Positions 1 to 13,729 of a stretch of 64,000 bases of DNA are shown here, in pieces (within the stretch, counting starts at the first letter, position 1; each line of letters begins with the position of its first letter). The notes beneath the pieces were generated by a model. It saw nothing but the letters and a program-made list of their open reading frames with translations, did not search any database and had not been told where the DNA came from. Origin of the DNA: Eledone cirrhosa (Eukaryota); assembly GCA_964016885.1 (NCBI GenBank), contig OZ024748.1:36146001-36210000 (forward strand), written 5' to 3'. Position numbers and translations under genes: made by a program.

Positions 1-455
1 ATTTCTGTATCTTGATCTTGAAAAATGTGTGTGCCAGTGTTTTATGTGAGTGACTTAATTTCTATTTGCTTATGATTTTATATCCACATATATAAATGTG
101 AGTGGGGGAGTGTGTGTGTTTGTATGTTCGTGGTTATGTGTATATTTATGCATATACGCACATGTATGTGTGATTATACTGATATGTGTGAGTATGAAAA
201 AAATATATTTATGACTCCATAAGTATCATTGCGTATCTTATCAGCGCATTAAGCTTACAGAGATATTAACCTTGAAATTTTGTGTTTGCATCCATCTTTT
301 TAGTATACACATACAAATTATACACACATTATTGTAAAATATGTGTAAGGTTTTTACATGTATATACACACACCAAACTGCTTTTAACCCTTTGTGTTTT
401 CATTGGTCAATTTTGAACTGATATTTTGAATTGTTGTTATTATCAATAAATATAC

Positions 456-610
456 TTCATTATTTCTGAAGACGGCGTATATATGAGTTAGGTATGTATA
501 TTTAATCTTGATAATTTGTATAATTTTGTATAATTTTGTACATAGATCTGTTAAATATGCATACCAATTATAACACATATATACCCTAGAAACGATCGTT
601 AAATAGTGAA
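456..610 (+). ncRNA. Type I hammerhead motif with long stem-II insertion (probably decayed)
   Basis: Stem I TTCATTATTT (456-465) pairs with AAATAGTGAA (601-610); core CTGAAGA 466-472; GTATATATG/CATATATAC in stem II; GAAAC-GATC-GT-T with palindromic loop III. Base of stem II is mismatched. Confidence 0.6.
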
Positions 611-695
611 CTTTTTTTGTTTAATATAAGGAATTGTTTGTTCATTATTTGTTTAATATTTTATTATATACATATATATATATATAATATACACG

Positions 696-750
<55 letters not shown>

Positions 751-804
751 CACGGCTCAGAATAGTCTTTCTTCGAGCTATTTCATTGTAAATGATCGCC
801 TGAG

Positions 805-948
805 ATTTGAACTCTCCCTTTACGATCTGAGTTCAAATCCCGCCAAGGTTGACTTTGCCTTTCATCCTTACGGGTCGATAAAATAAAGTACCAGTAATGC
901 ACTGGGTAATTGCTGGTCTTGTGCCTAAAGTAGAAACAATTATTATTG
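805..948 (+). mobile_element. tRNA-derived SINE, 5'-truncated (main family)
   Basis: B-box GAGTTCAAATCCC, core GCCTTTCATCCTTACGGGTCGATAAAATAAAGTACCAG and tail AGTAGAAACAATTATT, shared with many copies in the window. Confidence 0.85.
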
Positions 949-1077
949 ATTTTATATATATATATATATATAGGACATACAATAGTTAAAGGCGTTGAAA
1001 TTAAACTTATTGAAGCGATAATAAAGCCACACATTTTTGTTATAATGGAAGACATTCTTTTAGACACTTTGTGAAGA

Positions 1078-1330
1078 TACGTGTTTAAGGCGTTAGTGTG
1101 TTCGGCTGACAATCCGAAGGTCGTGTGTTCGATTCTCGGCAGTACGTTGTCTTTATTCCAGGAACCATTAATTTACGTTATAGGCAAGACATTTTTATTT
1201 GAGCTGGCAAAAATGAGTTGTACCACTAATGTGAATCTCCCTGAGAAATAACTGTAACTTTACAAGTATTTGTGGAGGAATGCTCAGACACTTGCAAGTT
1301 AATGTCAAGCAGGTTGTTCTGTTGATGAAA
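1078..1330 (+). mobile_element. Degenerate tRNA-headed SINE (second family)
   Basis: tRNA-like head with B-box GTTCGATTCTC; loosely similar to 36783-36900. Confidence 0.45.
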
Positions 1331-1454
1331 AGAAAACATCGTCGGAATGTCTAACAACACCAACAACATTACTAACAGGAACTTCTCAATAAATCAAGTT
1401 TTCCTGTGATATATTTTTAAACTTAAGAATTTGTATAACTATTAACTTATTCTA

Positions 1455-1970
1455 ACACACACACACACACATATACACCTCCCCCATACACACACATATA
1501 TATCCCCCCCACACACACACACACACACACCGATACAGACACACATACCCCCCACACACACATACCCCCCCCCACACACACACAGATACACACACACATA
1601 CCTCCCCACACACACACTCAGATACACACACACATACCCCCCCACACAGGTATACACACACACAGATACACACACATACCCCCCCACACTCTTATTCATT
1701 GTGTTAAGGCCATGTAGGTATATAAGGTGTGGTTATTACATGCCGCAGTACTTGCAGTAAATAATGCCATTGAACACACACACATTCACACACACACACA
1801 CTCATACACACATACACATACACATGCACACACATTCTCACACTCACACACATACTTATACACACACATACACACACAAACACTCACACGCACACTCATA
1901 CACACGCACACTCACTCACACTCACACTCTGTCTCTCTCACACACACACACGTAGATATACATATATATA
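1455..1970. repeat. Compound CA-rich microsatellite
   Basis: Visible (CA)n with C-runs. Confidence 0.9.
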
Positions 1971-2010
1971 CAGTAAAAAGTACTAACAGGTAAATTGTAT
2001 GATAAAGATG

Positions 2011-2499
2011 TATCTGTATAAAAAGAGAGTGTGTAACCGAGAGTGCAGCAACGTGTATAAATATATATACATATCTAATTTATAGGCATGTAAACGTGCC
2101 GAAAAATACGAATTTCCCTGAAGATTGAAAAAAAGAATGGATAAACATATTTAATCGAGTTTCGGATCAAATTGGACCCTTATCAGAAGACATGTATATC
2201 ACCCAATCAACGATAAAGAAACATACAAATTAGAATGGTCATTTCAGAATAATACTAAGAGCAAATAGGTATATATACACCCATCAAATGTATGTTTCCT
2301 TGTGGTGTATTGGATGATGTACACAGCTTCTGATGAGAATCCAATAAAAACTGGAAATCGATTAAATATGTTTATCATCTTTTCAATTTATGGGAAATTC
2401 GTATTTTCTTGCTTTTTTACATGCCTACACATTAGATATATGTATACATTTATACAAGCTGGTGCAGTCTCGGTTACAAACTCTATATTTATACAGATA
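2011..2499. mobile_element. Old fold-back element with decayed hammerhead motifs
   Basis: 2011-2210 is a diverged inverted copy of 2308-2499. Left arm on minus reads CTGATAA-GGGTC-CAATTT-GATCC-GAAACTCGATT; right arm reads CTGATGA...GAAATCGATT. Confidence 0.6.
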
Positions 2500-3036
2500 T
2501 AACTTTATATATATATATATATATAGGAGGAAGTTATAGTTCACTTGAAGCATTGTGTAATGAGGTATAAACGTTTGTATATGTATAATAAAGCCAAAAC
2601 AATGCAGGTATGGACATAGAATAAAGAATGTAAATGCAAAAGATATTGTTGACAATTAGTCTTTTACCTTAGATTTATTTAAATTTCCTAAATTTTCGAG
2701 ATAATATCTCTTCTTCGGAGGGAAGTAAAGCGGTTAAACCAGTGTTCTAAATAGCTTGCCAAGTCATGCTGACAGGAAATGGTGCAGAGTATCTGTTCTA
2801 TCTCTAATGTCAAAGAGTTAAGGTTAGGTGGATAACGAGTAGTCTCCCTTTAGAAGGGGTTTTATTGTACATGCCTGTTTAAGTGTGTGGGAGAATGCGT
2901 GAAGGTGTAAGTATGTGTGTGTGAGTGTCAGAAGATATGTCTGTACGTAAATGTGGTGGATAGATGTTATCTCGTGTTAGAACTGGTCTTTGTGTGTGTA
3001 TGTGTGTGTGTGAGAGATAGAATAAGTGGAGGTGTA

Positions 3037-3100
<64 letters not shown>

Positions 3101-3188
3101 TGTGTGCGTGTGTGTGGGAGGGAGGGTGGTGTAAATATGGGGCTAGATGCTCAATCAAGTTATAAATTGGGTGTTGAGTTCTAGTCTA

Positions 3189-4872
3189 TTATTGATTGGT
3201 GGTTGTGTTTTGTCTGTAATTAGTGCCGGTGAAGAAGGTATGGGAATGGCAGGTGTTGAGGGCTCGGCATTCTAGCTGGTTCATATAGGTGATGGCCAGG
3301 AGGCCCGATAGGCTGGATCCCATGGGTAATCCTGTTTTCTGTCTGTTTGTATGGTGGTGGAAGGTGAAGTACGTGTTGTCCACTGTGAAGGACAAAAGCT
3401 GGTGTATGTCCGTCGGATGGAGGCCGTAGCAGTGGATGTCCTCTGCGACCACGCAGCCCGTCAATAAATCGACAGCTGGATGAGCGGGGACTGTAGTGTA
3501 GAGGGAGACAACGTCGAGGCTAAAGGCATATCTATTTAGTTTAAGTTGTTCTGGCTGGAGTTGGTGTAGTCTACGTATGACTTCGACGGAGCTACTGACA
3601 TGCCCGGGAAAGGTGGAGAGGAGAGGCTTGAGGACCTGGGAGAGGAGCCAGGAAATTTTGTATAGGGGTCCTTCTATGCTAGAGACGATGGGCCTTATTT
3701 GTGTCTTAGTACTATTCTTGTGGGTCTTGATGAGGTGGTAGAAAGTGGGCAGTCTGCTATTTCTAGTGGTGTAGTTGAGCTTAACTTTATTTGGGAGTTG
3801 TCTTCTCCTACAGATGTCGAACAAGATGGACTTGGTCTGTTTTTCGATCTGGGCTGCAGTCATGTCCGGGATCTCTGTATATAGTTCATTGTCGCTTAGG
3901 TGTTCAAAGGCTAGGTTGTTGTATGTGGCTTGAGAGATGACGCAAAATTCTTCACCTTTTTCGGATGGTAAGTATATAAGTTCCCTATTCCGTAGGTTCT
4001 TCAGGGCGAGTTGTTATGTCCTGGAGAGGTTTGGAGCTATCTTCTTCTGTTTCCGTAAGATGTTAAATACGGAATGTTTTAGCCTCGAGAGTTTTTCTTC
4101 AAGCTCGCGGTTGGCAGGCGGTGGATAGAGTGGGCGATCCAGTTGGTATATCGGGAATCTGGGTTTGTTAGGTTCCGTGGTGTTGTTGCCGAGAGTCGAT
4201 ATCCATTTTAGTTGGTAGGCAGCCCGACAGAAATTCGTTTCTATGTCGAGCCATAATTTGTCGTCCAGTCTCTGTTTCAATATGAACTTGGGACCCATGC
4301 TGAGGAGGTCTAATTCCTCTCGGGCGAGGGATCCTGTCAAGTCTGTGACGAGATGTTTTACGTCAGGTGTGTTGTTGGTCGGGGCGCTGCTAGGTTCGGT
4401 GTTGGTACCGTCTTGTTCGCTCTGTTGGTGCTTAGAGTTGGGATGTTGTTAAGACGGTTAGCCGTGCTGAGTTTGAGAAATGTTTGCGTTAGACGTATTT
4501 TCTCGTAGTCTCGGCGATGGTGGTATGACCTGTCTATAGCGGCGGAGATAACTCTGGACAGAGGTTCTGGGGTTTCAGTGAGTTGTGGTACAAGGCTGAA
4601 AATAGTCCGTATGTGTTGTATGAGTTTTCTTAGGCAGAATTTTTGTATGTAGCTAAGTGATCGATGAGGCCTGGTACTTTGAAGCATGTTGGTAGGTGCA
4701 AGTTTTTGATAGTTTTGGGGATGATGTTGTTATTCAGGCATCGTTTTAGGAAGTTTATTTGGCAGCCGGCTTTGGCGCGCTTTTCAGATAGCTGGAAGAG
4801 TTTCTTTACAGTTGTGAACTGGGCCTCGCTCAGGCGTAAAGAAAGGAGGAAGTTATAGTTCACTTGAAGCAT
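3189..4872 (-). pseudogene. PLE ORF N-terminus and reverse transcriptase, frameshifted and internally deleted
   Basis: FLKRCLNNNIIPK, LLSMGPKF, LPTFYHLIKTHK..IRPIVS, FSLDVVSLYTTVP, QKTGLPMGSSLSGLLA. Breaks just before the YxDD motif and joins the last codons of the endonuclease. Confidence 0.9.
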
Positions 4873-5176
4873 TGTGTAATGAGGTATAAACGTTTGTATA
4901 TGTATAATAAAGCCAAACCAATGCAGGTATGGACATAGAATAAAGAAAGCAAATGCAAAAGATATTGTTCACAATTAGTCTTTTACCTTAGATTTATTTA
5001 AATGTCCTTAAGTTTCGAGATAATATCTCTTCTTCGCAGGGAAGTAAAGCGGTTAAACCAGTGTTCTAAATAGCTTGCCAAGTCATGCTGACAGGAAATG
5101 GTATAGAGTATCTGTTCTATCTCTAATGTCAAAGAGTTAAGGTTAGGTGGATAAAGAGTAGTCTCCCTTTAAAAGG

Positions 5177-5935
5177 GTAACAGAGGAAGGCAACATCCAC
5201 ACCTGCTTCTATAAAAAAGCCGCCAGCAGGGACCTGTTCGTACATTTCAAATCGGCCCTCCCAGACGGCGCCAAGTTAGGATACATAAGGAACGAACTAA
5301 CACGTATCCGGAACAAATGCACCGAGGCTAGAGACCGAGACACACACACTACACATTTCCTGGAAGTACTCAAACTGAACGGATACACGACATCCACCAC
5401 AAACCGTGCCAGAAAGAACAGAGGACACCACACCCGAGGCACTAACACTTGCTTCCTAAAGCTCCCACACTTCAGTGACGAAACAACAACAGCCATCCGC
5501 AGAGCTATCAGATGAGAGGGACTAGATATCCAACTAGCCCACTCAGGTCCTTCTCTAAGCGGACAGCTAACCAAAAGACACTCCACCAGACATGATAACC
5601 GCTGCAGGCTATCCAACTGCCCCATCAACGACATAGACCTATGCCACTAGGCTTACGTCGTATACAGACTAGAGTGCGACAAATGCAGCAACTTCTACGT
5701 AGGTAGCACCACCAGACCACTCCACATAAGAATAAAAGAACACCTCAATACTAACGCTTCCTCATTTAAGAAACACCTAGTGAAATGCAAAAACACCGAC
5801 AAAACCATAACAGTTAGGATAGAAACCAAGGAAAGAAACCTCGGCAATCTTAGAATTAAGGAAGCACTAATTATAGATAAAACACAACCACCAATCAATT
5901 ATAGACTAGAACTCAACACCCAATTTATAACTTGA
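5177..5935 (+). pseudogene. PLE thumb plus GIY-YIG endonuclease fragment
   Basis: Hand translation: FYKKAASRDLFVHFKSALP...YVVYRLECDKCSNFYVGSTTRPLHIRIKEH...LRIKEALIIDKTQPPIN, with two in-frame stops. Confidence 0.9.
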
Positions 5936-5976
5936 TAGATCATCTAGCCCCATATTTACACACACCCCTCCCACAC

Positions 5977-6021
<45 letters not shown>

Positions 6022-6310
6022 TACACCTCCACTTATTCTCTCTCATACACACACAAAGACCAGTTCTAACACGAGAAAACATCTATCCCCCACATTTATG
6101 TATAGACATATCTTCTCATACTTACACCTTCACGCATTCTCCCACACTCCTAAACAGGCATGTACAATAAAACCCCTTTTAAAGGGAGACTACTCGTTAT
6201 CCACCTAACCCTAGCTCTTTGACATTAGAGATAGAACAGATACTCTACACCATTTCCTGTCAGCATGACTTGGCAAGCTATTTAGAACACTGGTTTAACC
6301 GCTTTACTTC

Positions 6311-6345
6311 CCTCCGAAGAAGAGATATTATCTCGAAAATTTAGG
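6311..6345 (+). ncRNA. Atypical minimal hammerhead-like motif in the pLTR
   Basis: CCT-CCGAAGA-A-GAGAT-ATT-ATCTC-GAAA-ATTT-AGG (U4C core). Minus-strand copies near 2686-2720 and 5005-5040. Confidence 0.45.
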
Positions 6346-6459
6346 ACATTTAAATAAATCTAAGGTAAAAGACTAATTGTCAACAATATCTTTTGCATTT
6401 GCATTCTTTATTCTATGTCCATACCTGCATTGTTTTGGCTTTATTATACATATACAAAC

Positions 6460-6520
<61 letters not shown>

Positions 6521-7157
6521 AAAATAAAATGCTGACAGGAAATGGTGTAGAGTATCTGTTCTATCTCTATTGTCAAAGAGTTAAGGTTAGGTGGATAAAG
6601 AGTAGTCTCCCTTTAAAAGGGGTTTTATTGTACATGCCTGTTTAAGTGTGTGGGAGAATGCGTGAAAGTGTAAGTATGTGTGTGCGTGTGTGTGTGAGTG
6701 TGAGAAGATATGTCTATACGTAAATGTGGGGGATAGATGTTATCTCGTGTTAGAACTGGTCTTTGTGTGTGTATGTGTGTGTGTGCGAGAGAGAATAAGT
6801 GGAGGTGTAAGCGCGCGCGCGTGTGTGTGCGTGTGGGAGGGAGGGTGGTGTAAATATGGGCTTGATGCTCTATCAAGTTATAAATTGGGTGTTGAGTTCT
6901 AGTCTATTATTGATTGGTGGTTGTGTTTTGTCTGTAATTAGTGCTGGTGAAGAAGGTATGGGAATGGCAGGTGTTGAGGGCTCGGCATTCTAGCTGGTTC
7001 ATATAGGTGATGGCCAGGAGGCCCGATAGGTTGGATCCCATGGGTAATCCTGTTGTCTGTCTGTTTGTGTGGTGGTGGAAGGTGAAGTACGTGTTGTCCA
7101 CTGTGAAGGACAAAAGCTGGTGTATGTCCGTCGATGGAGGAAATTAACCAACATAAT

Positions 7158-7203
<46 letters not shown>

Positions 7204-7440
7204 ATAAGAAATGTACTAAAATGCAGTGTCATTATAGTATGTAAATATATAAAGTGAAAGTGGGGTTGCTACCCGTAAAATTTACCCCTACACACCGAAG
7301 TGTTGATGACGCCATGTTAAAATTGAATACATTAACAAGGTGTTGTAAATATCAGAATGTGACAACCTCTCTAACATGCCAGCTTGGTCAATAGACGTAA
7401 AACGTGGGCGATGATATATATATATATATATTAAAATAAA

Positions 7441-7546
7441 TAATTGTTTCTACTTTTGGCACAAGGCCAGCAAATACCGAGTGTATTACTGGTATTTTAT
7501 TTTATCGACCCCATAAGGATGAAAGGCAAAGTTAACCTCGGCGGGA
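7441..7546 (-). mobile_element. tRNA-SINE 3' part
   Basis: Reverse complement of the main SINE core and tail. Confidence 0.8.
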
Positions 7547-7676
7547 TAATAAATAATGAAGTTTCGTTTACATGTGTTAGATTTTTATTGTGTATTGACC
7601 TGTTACACGTGTTTCGCAGAGGATTGACTCAAGGTCACCCATAGGAGTTATGAACCCAACTCCATTATCGATCTGC
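7547..7676 (-). mobile_element. Truncated HHR-bearing element, same family as 36610-36770
   Basis: Minus strand GCAGAT...CTCTGC-GAAAC-ACGT-GTA-ACAGG; the CTGANGA box is missing. Confidence 0.7.
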
Positions 7677-7952
7677 ACTTTTATATATAGATAACAAAGC
7701 TGCACACGAAGAAAGTGGTTTGACAAATAGAGTCCGATAAATCACATACTGGATTCGATATATTCGACCGAAACCCGTTAAAAGTGCTGCCTCGACACAG
7801 CTAGAGACCATTGAAACCAGTCAAAGAATAAAATAATATAATATGCACAAACTCGAATGGGACTGATTCAGTTTACCCTAATTTGCATAACAGTTCAATC
7901 GTTCGCAACGTGAATTAATTAACTAATTTAGAAAATAATACTACATAGTCTG

Positions 7953-8236
7953 GACAATCTGCCATATTTTCTGGCCACAGATATCGAAAGGTGATATAAC
8001 TACAATATCTATTTATCAGAGCGACAATCTGCCATATTTTCTGGCCACAGATATCGAAAGGTGATATAACTACAATATCTATTTATCAGAGCGACAATCT
8101 GCCATATTTTCTGGCCACAGATATCAAAAGGTGATATAACTACAATATCTATTTATCAGAGCGACAATCTGCCATATTTTCTGGCCACAGATATCAAAAG
8201 GTTATATAACTACAATATCTATTTATCAGAGCGACA
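7953..8236. repeat. 70-bp tandem repeat, 4 copies
   Basis: GACAATCTGCCATATTTTC starts at 7953, 8023, 8093 and 8163. Confidence 0.95.
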
Positions 8237-9675
8237 TTAAAAATCTGTGTTTAGAAAAATACCCACCCAAACACAAACTAGTTTATAATACTATAGACCA
8301 TAGTTTGGCATCGTAATTCTTAATCTGTCTGGCCAATGAGTTGACTTCAATAAAAGAGAAGGAAAGACGGGTAAAAGAAAACGTCTTTATCAAATGGTCG
8401 CATGATTATTCCAATGAAATGTTGAATCTCATGTGGAGATAAAGAAGATTAATAGGAAACTAGTTATTACGGGACTGTCAATTATGGAGTGTCAATTATT
8501 GTGTGGTCTACATGAAGTTGAACCTATTGGACAACTAGGAGACATAATTCGATGGAAAATGTGGACGGGGTGAGTAAATAATAGGATTTAAAGAATCCCA
8601 GCAGGACATGTTTGTGAGTGTAGCAGCTACAATAGCAAACAACGGAGATGGACAGAAAGAATTCTATGAACAACTCAAAAATTTCAAATTATAAGACAAT
8701 AACAGCCATCAATATCACAGACACATGCAGCTCAGCTTGACGATTAAAACCCACACAAAACAGTTGGAAGTGCTAAGTACAAATATATAAATATTTACTT
8801 CACAACAATAAAACAGCAGGAAATTTTATTGTCTGACTGCTTACATTATAGAAATATCTGATCGATTTGTATATGATCGATCATGTAGTTAAGGAACTAT
8901 AGCACAGATGAGAGTCCTTCATGTAAGGTCATCACGTGTGAATGTGGTTCTTCAACATGACCGCAGTCCAATGTCTGCAACCTAGAAGAGAAAAAAAAGA
9001 GTGTATGTTTTCATTGATGTCGAAGCTAATATGGACCGAGATAAACCAAAGTAGAGATTTTGTATCAAATATTGTAGCACTTCGCTAAAACAGGGACCTC
9101 GGTGTAAACAGAGTTGTGTTCAATCAGCGCGTTCGGTGGCCATCTTGAAAGATAAGCTACAGTAAGTACATACAATGGTGCCCAACTCCTCGTTTCATAA
9201 TAGTTGCTCCACAAACGAAACCGTGTTAATTGAAACAGCCAGGTTTGTCACAATTCATATTTCTAACGAATAAAGAGTTTGATTTAAAGCAACTTCTTTT
9301 ACAATGTAGTCCTGATAGTTTATTAGAAAATCTAGTGTAATAGAATTGGGGCAGTGAAAGAATGTGTTTCAAATACTTGGGATACAAATTATAATACTAT
9401 GTTAAAATATCCATTAGACAACTTGTTCTGGTATTATAATCATTGTGTAGATTGTAGAGGCCTAGATGTCTTGTAATGCTCTAATTACCAGCGTTGAAAC
9501 CACACCTTGTTACCTCAGCTATTCTACCTTCCAAGGCACGTTCAACACTCTTCACTGCACAGCGTATCTCAGTTGTGTATCGCAAACAAGATGGCAAAAA
9601 TGTTGCAACATAGAAAAACCAGCTACATCACCCATTCCACTTCGCGTATCTTTAAATACCTGATATGAGTATATA

Positions 9676-9869
9676 TAATTGTTTCTACTTTTGGCACAAG
9701 GCCAGCAATTATTCCAGTACATTACTGGTACTTTATTTTATCGACTCCGTCAGGATGAATGGCAAAGTTAACCTCGGCGGGATTTGAACTCAGACCATAA
9801 AGGGCCGTAACTCTATGCTGCAAAACATGGCGTCCGACCCTCTAACGATACTGCCAATCCACCGCCCTA
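9676..9869 (-). mobile_element. Full-length tRNA-SINE with target-site duplication
   Basis: A-box TGGCAGTATCGTTAG, B-box, core and tail; TATGAGTATATATAATT on both sides. Confidence 0.9.
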
Positions 9870-9992
9870 TGAGTATATATAATTTCCCCTAATATTGTAT
9901 CTAAAGTTTTCCCATGAGAAATGTTTTGCAGTTAATGTTTCAGTGGAAAAATATAATGACACACAGACACTTACACACACAGATACGCACAC

Positions 9993-10023
<31 letters not shown>

Positions 10024-10058
10024 CATATTTATATATATGCATTCATATATGTACGTAT

Positions 10059-10097
<39 letters not shown>

Positions 10098-11827
10098 CAA
10101 TACTCATACATTCAAACACACACACACATATATGTACACATACAGACACACACACACACGCACACATACATACACACATACCTTCATACATTTATACACA
10201 CACACATATTTGTATATATAATAAGGATTAGGAACGTGTGGGTGTGTGTGTGTGTGTGTGTATATATATGTGTGTATGTGCATGTATATATATATATATA
10301 CGTGTGTGTATGAATATATGTGTGTATATATGTGTATGTATATATATGTGTGTATATGTATGTATGTGTATGCTTAAACATAAATCTGTTCAATTCGAGA
10401 AAATCTAGAACAACAACAATTTAGTTTCTATTAAACGTGCCAATAATCAAGCCTATATGTGGTTACTCGATACTCTAGAAATAACAGCCAAATTCCCCTC
10501 CAAACCAGACTCTAAAAGTTCGAGTAAATCTGGTGTAATTCCGACCAACGTACGTACAGCTGCTTTAGTAAAAATATAAGGAAAATTGTGTGAATTTGAT
10601 ATAAGAAACATTAAAGGAGATACATGGACACTTATGAAATGTCATGCTTAGGTGTTTTAACGGAAATGTTGAGGAGTTAAAGAAAAACAGCAAAGAGAGC
10701 AGCTAAAATGTCATAAAGAATAAATGAAAGATAGTTTCTTTCCTGTCCGAGAAGAGATTTAAAGAATGTCATTAAGTATTACTGATACATCGTCTATCTG
10801 ACAATGAGAAACGACAACCAGTTGACCGAGACTTTATCCTAAACGGACGGTAGTCCGTCCGTTTAGTAATATTGTTGTGGTAGTGTTTTCGTTGACAATC
10901 GTCTGTTTACGACAGTACAGCGCGGCTCTACGTTATTTAACTGAGATAAAACTTATATGAGCATGAACAGTAGATGATTACGCATCTTTTGGCTTAAAAA
11001 TCTAGAAATTTGGTCCAGCGGGAAAAAGTTTATAATCAAAGTTTGCTGATAAATCTTGTGTTCAAGTGAGTGAGTAGTAAGCGTGACGCTAGGTGAGGTA
11101 ATTACGAGGTAATTACAAGGGGAGGTAATTACGAGTCTCTCTCTATTATCTAATATATTTCAAATTGTATTTTTAACTAAATTCATTTATCATAGTCTAA
11201 TATTTTAAAAATAGGTGAGTGCTCCACGATGATGACCCATGTCCCCGCCATGTGGAGGGGATGCTTAGGAGCCATCCAGATATCATGTGACCATTTTTGG
11301 TTCGCGGTGTCCACATGATATCTGGATGGCCCTTTATACTAATTAGTTATTTATCTGCATACAAATTATACCAGATCATTCTGATTATTGGCTTGAAATC
11401 TTTTACAAAATTAGTATGAGCAACTAAGAGGTCATCAATAGAATCAATAGAAATAGAATTACTTTTTGAAGTTTTCATGCACAGCATTTTGGGGGATTTT
11501 AAATAAAAGTTAATATCATAATTCTTATTTTGTATACCCACATTGCAGATACAGAGAAACATGACAATCCTATATAAAGGTCGTAGACAGCAGTATCAGT
11601 TTTTATCCGTAACACCATTGAAATGCACAAGTTTCACCAATTCACTATTATGCACTAATCATCTCAAATGCATTCATGATTTACTAGCTTTGTCATTAAG
11701 CCAGTTGCCTCAACTAGATTGCAATTATACTCAAAAGAACTTTAAAATGTCAATCATTTGTCAGTAATTCACTATGATCATTTAATTATTAGATAGTTGT
11801 TGCTTGCATTGCCTTAAAAAATAGTAG

Positions 11828-12854
11828 ACCAGATAGAAAAATGCGTACAGCAAAAAAAAATAATATTGTTGGAATATAAACCTTTAAAAATACAGGACAA
11901 GAAACTAAAATAAAACTTTAAAAGAATAGGACAAGAAACTAAGATAAAACTTTAAAGAATTGGACAAGAAATAAAAAAATTTACAATAATATTAGTGGCA
12001 AATTTTTTTTATTCGTTTCCTGTACTATGCCCCAGTATCTTCTTGATTAGTGCATAATAATTGTCATGCTCTCATTGTGCGTTGCCCCTGAGCGGTTGGT
12101 TCTGGTTGGGGTTGGTTGGCTGAGCAGTTCTGCTCTGTCAGAATGACCAGTGCAAGAAGAATTGGCCGATGCAGCTGCAGGTCTCCTCCAAGAATGCACT
12201 TCTGGTCCCGCAACACCAGACGAAGATGGAGAAGATGACCGGGACAAGATGTCGACTCTGACCACCGACTACGGCACCTCCCTCAACCACCGGTCCTCCC
12301 TCCCTCTGTCCCGTCATCCCTCCAGTCCACCTGCTCCCTCTTCCTGTACCAGAAAGCTGTGGCACGCATTCATCTGGACTGCCGGATTTGAACTCAAGGA
12401 CAAGATGCAAGGAGAAGATGGACGGGTTGGTCAAGATCAAGGATGAGCGGGACGACAAGACCGTCCGCTGCTGCTCAAGATCTGTGCTCATGGGCCCATG
12501 GGTCCATTCACATTATGCATGACACATGAGGCGTGTCGCCGAATGATGAAATAGGGGTATGGTTATGGCCCAATTGGTGTTCAAACCAGGATCAAATGAT
12601 CCCCCCGGTCTGACGACGACCTCTGAATGTGGAACCCAGAGCCTATGAATGTGGAACTCGATTTTTTACCAATAAAAATTTTGCCACTAATATTATTGTA
12701 AAATTTTTTATTTCTTGTCCAATTCTTTAAAGTTTTATCTTAGTTTCTTGTCCTATTCTTTTAAAGTTTTATTTTAGTTTCTTGTCCTGTATTTTTAAAG
12801 GTTTATATTCCAACAATATTACTTTTTTTTGCTGTACGCATTTTTCTATCTGGT
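11828..12854. mobile_element. Fold-back element: ~185-bp inverted arms around a GC-rich core
   Basis: 11828-12013 is the near-identical reverse complement of 12671-12854; arms contain a ~34-bp triplicated unit; half-hammerhead CTGACGA-CGAC-CTCTG..CAGAG near 12610. Confidence 0.75.
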
Positions 12855-13212
12855 ATTATATATTCGTTCCAGCTTTCTGCGCATTAAGTTTAATTCTCGC
12901 CGAAGGCAAAGCTGTTTTTCAGCTTTTCGCGGTCGATAAACAAAAGGTACTAGTCCAGAACTGGGTCGATTCTTCTTCTATATCTCTTTGTTACTCTCTC
13001 TCTCTATATATATATATATATAAATAACAGAAAGAGGTATGAGTGAACGAGTGAATCTCTACTTAGTCATTGAACATGTTATAAATATGTGTCGTATCTC
13101 CAACAAAAACCCACACTATCGTCTTTAAAATTAAATAATGAGGTCACATGTTCCCTGCATAACAGAAGTGGTCACAGATAGAATGACTTTTCAAATATGT
13201 TTGCTCGATCAG

Positions 13213-13253
<41 letters not shown>

Positions 13254-13729
13254 CATATTTTGTTATGTTACAAATAATGTAGGCAAAAATAATTATGATA
13301 TATGGTGTAGATATGACGTCTCCGGTGTCTATCTATCTATCTATCTATCGATCTATCAGTAAATCTGTTTGTCTATATGTCTATCTATACACACACCTAC
13401 ATACATACACACGTATACACATACACTCATACATAAGAATACTCCAAGGAGGCAGTCAGTCTCTGTATCTATTTACTTAGTAAATCTATGGCTACGTCTT
13501 GGGTTATGTTTATATGCTGGTATTTGCCATAGCCTCATACACTAATATCATAACACATTTGTTGTTTTTTCTGGATCATTTAAAGATTTATAATGAAAAT
13601 ATTTACAATGCTGACAAACAGCTGGCTTTAATAAAACCAAAACTTTTCACAGCTGTAATATTGATGGAATTTGAACAACAAAAGACATGTCCATACTTGA
13701 GAACTGGACTCGGAAGATTGCTCCTTAAA

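Larger units (their letters stand above)
2526..7140. mobile_element. Composite Penelope-like retroelement with direct and inverted pseudo-LTRs
   Basis: ~330-bp repeat at 2526-2858 and 4846-5177, inverted inside 5935-6462; third partial copy 6527-7140; RT and GIY-YIG remnants; (TA)n flanks. Confidence 0.92.

Noticed and set aside
7953-8236. 70-bp repeat as a ribozyme array
   Set aside because: Minus-strand CTGATAA...GAAA lacks adjacent stem II closure and stems I and III.
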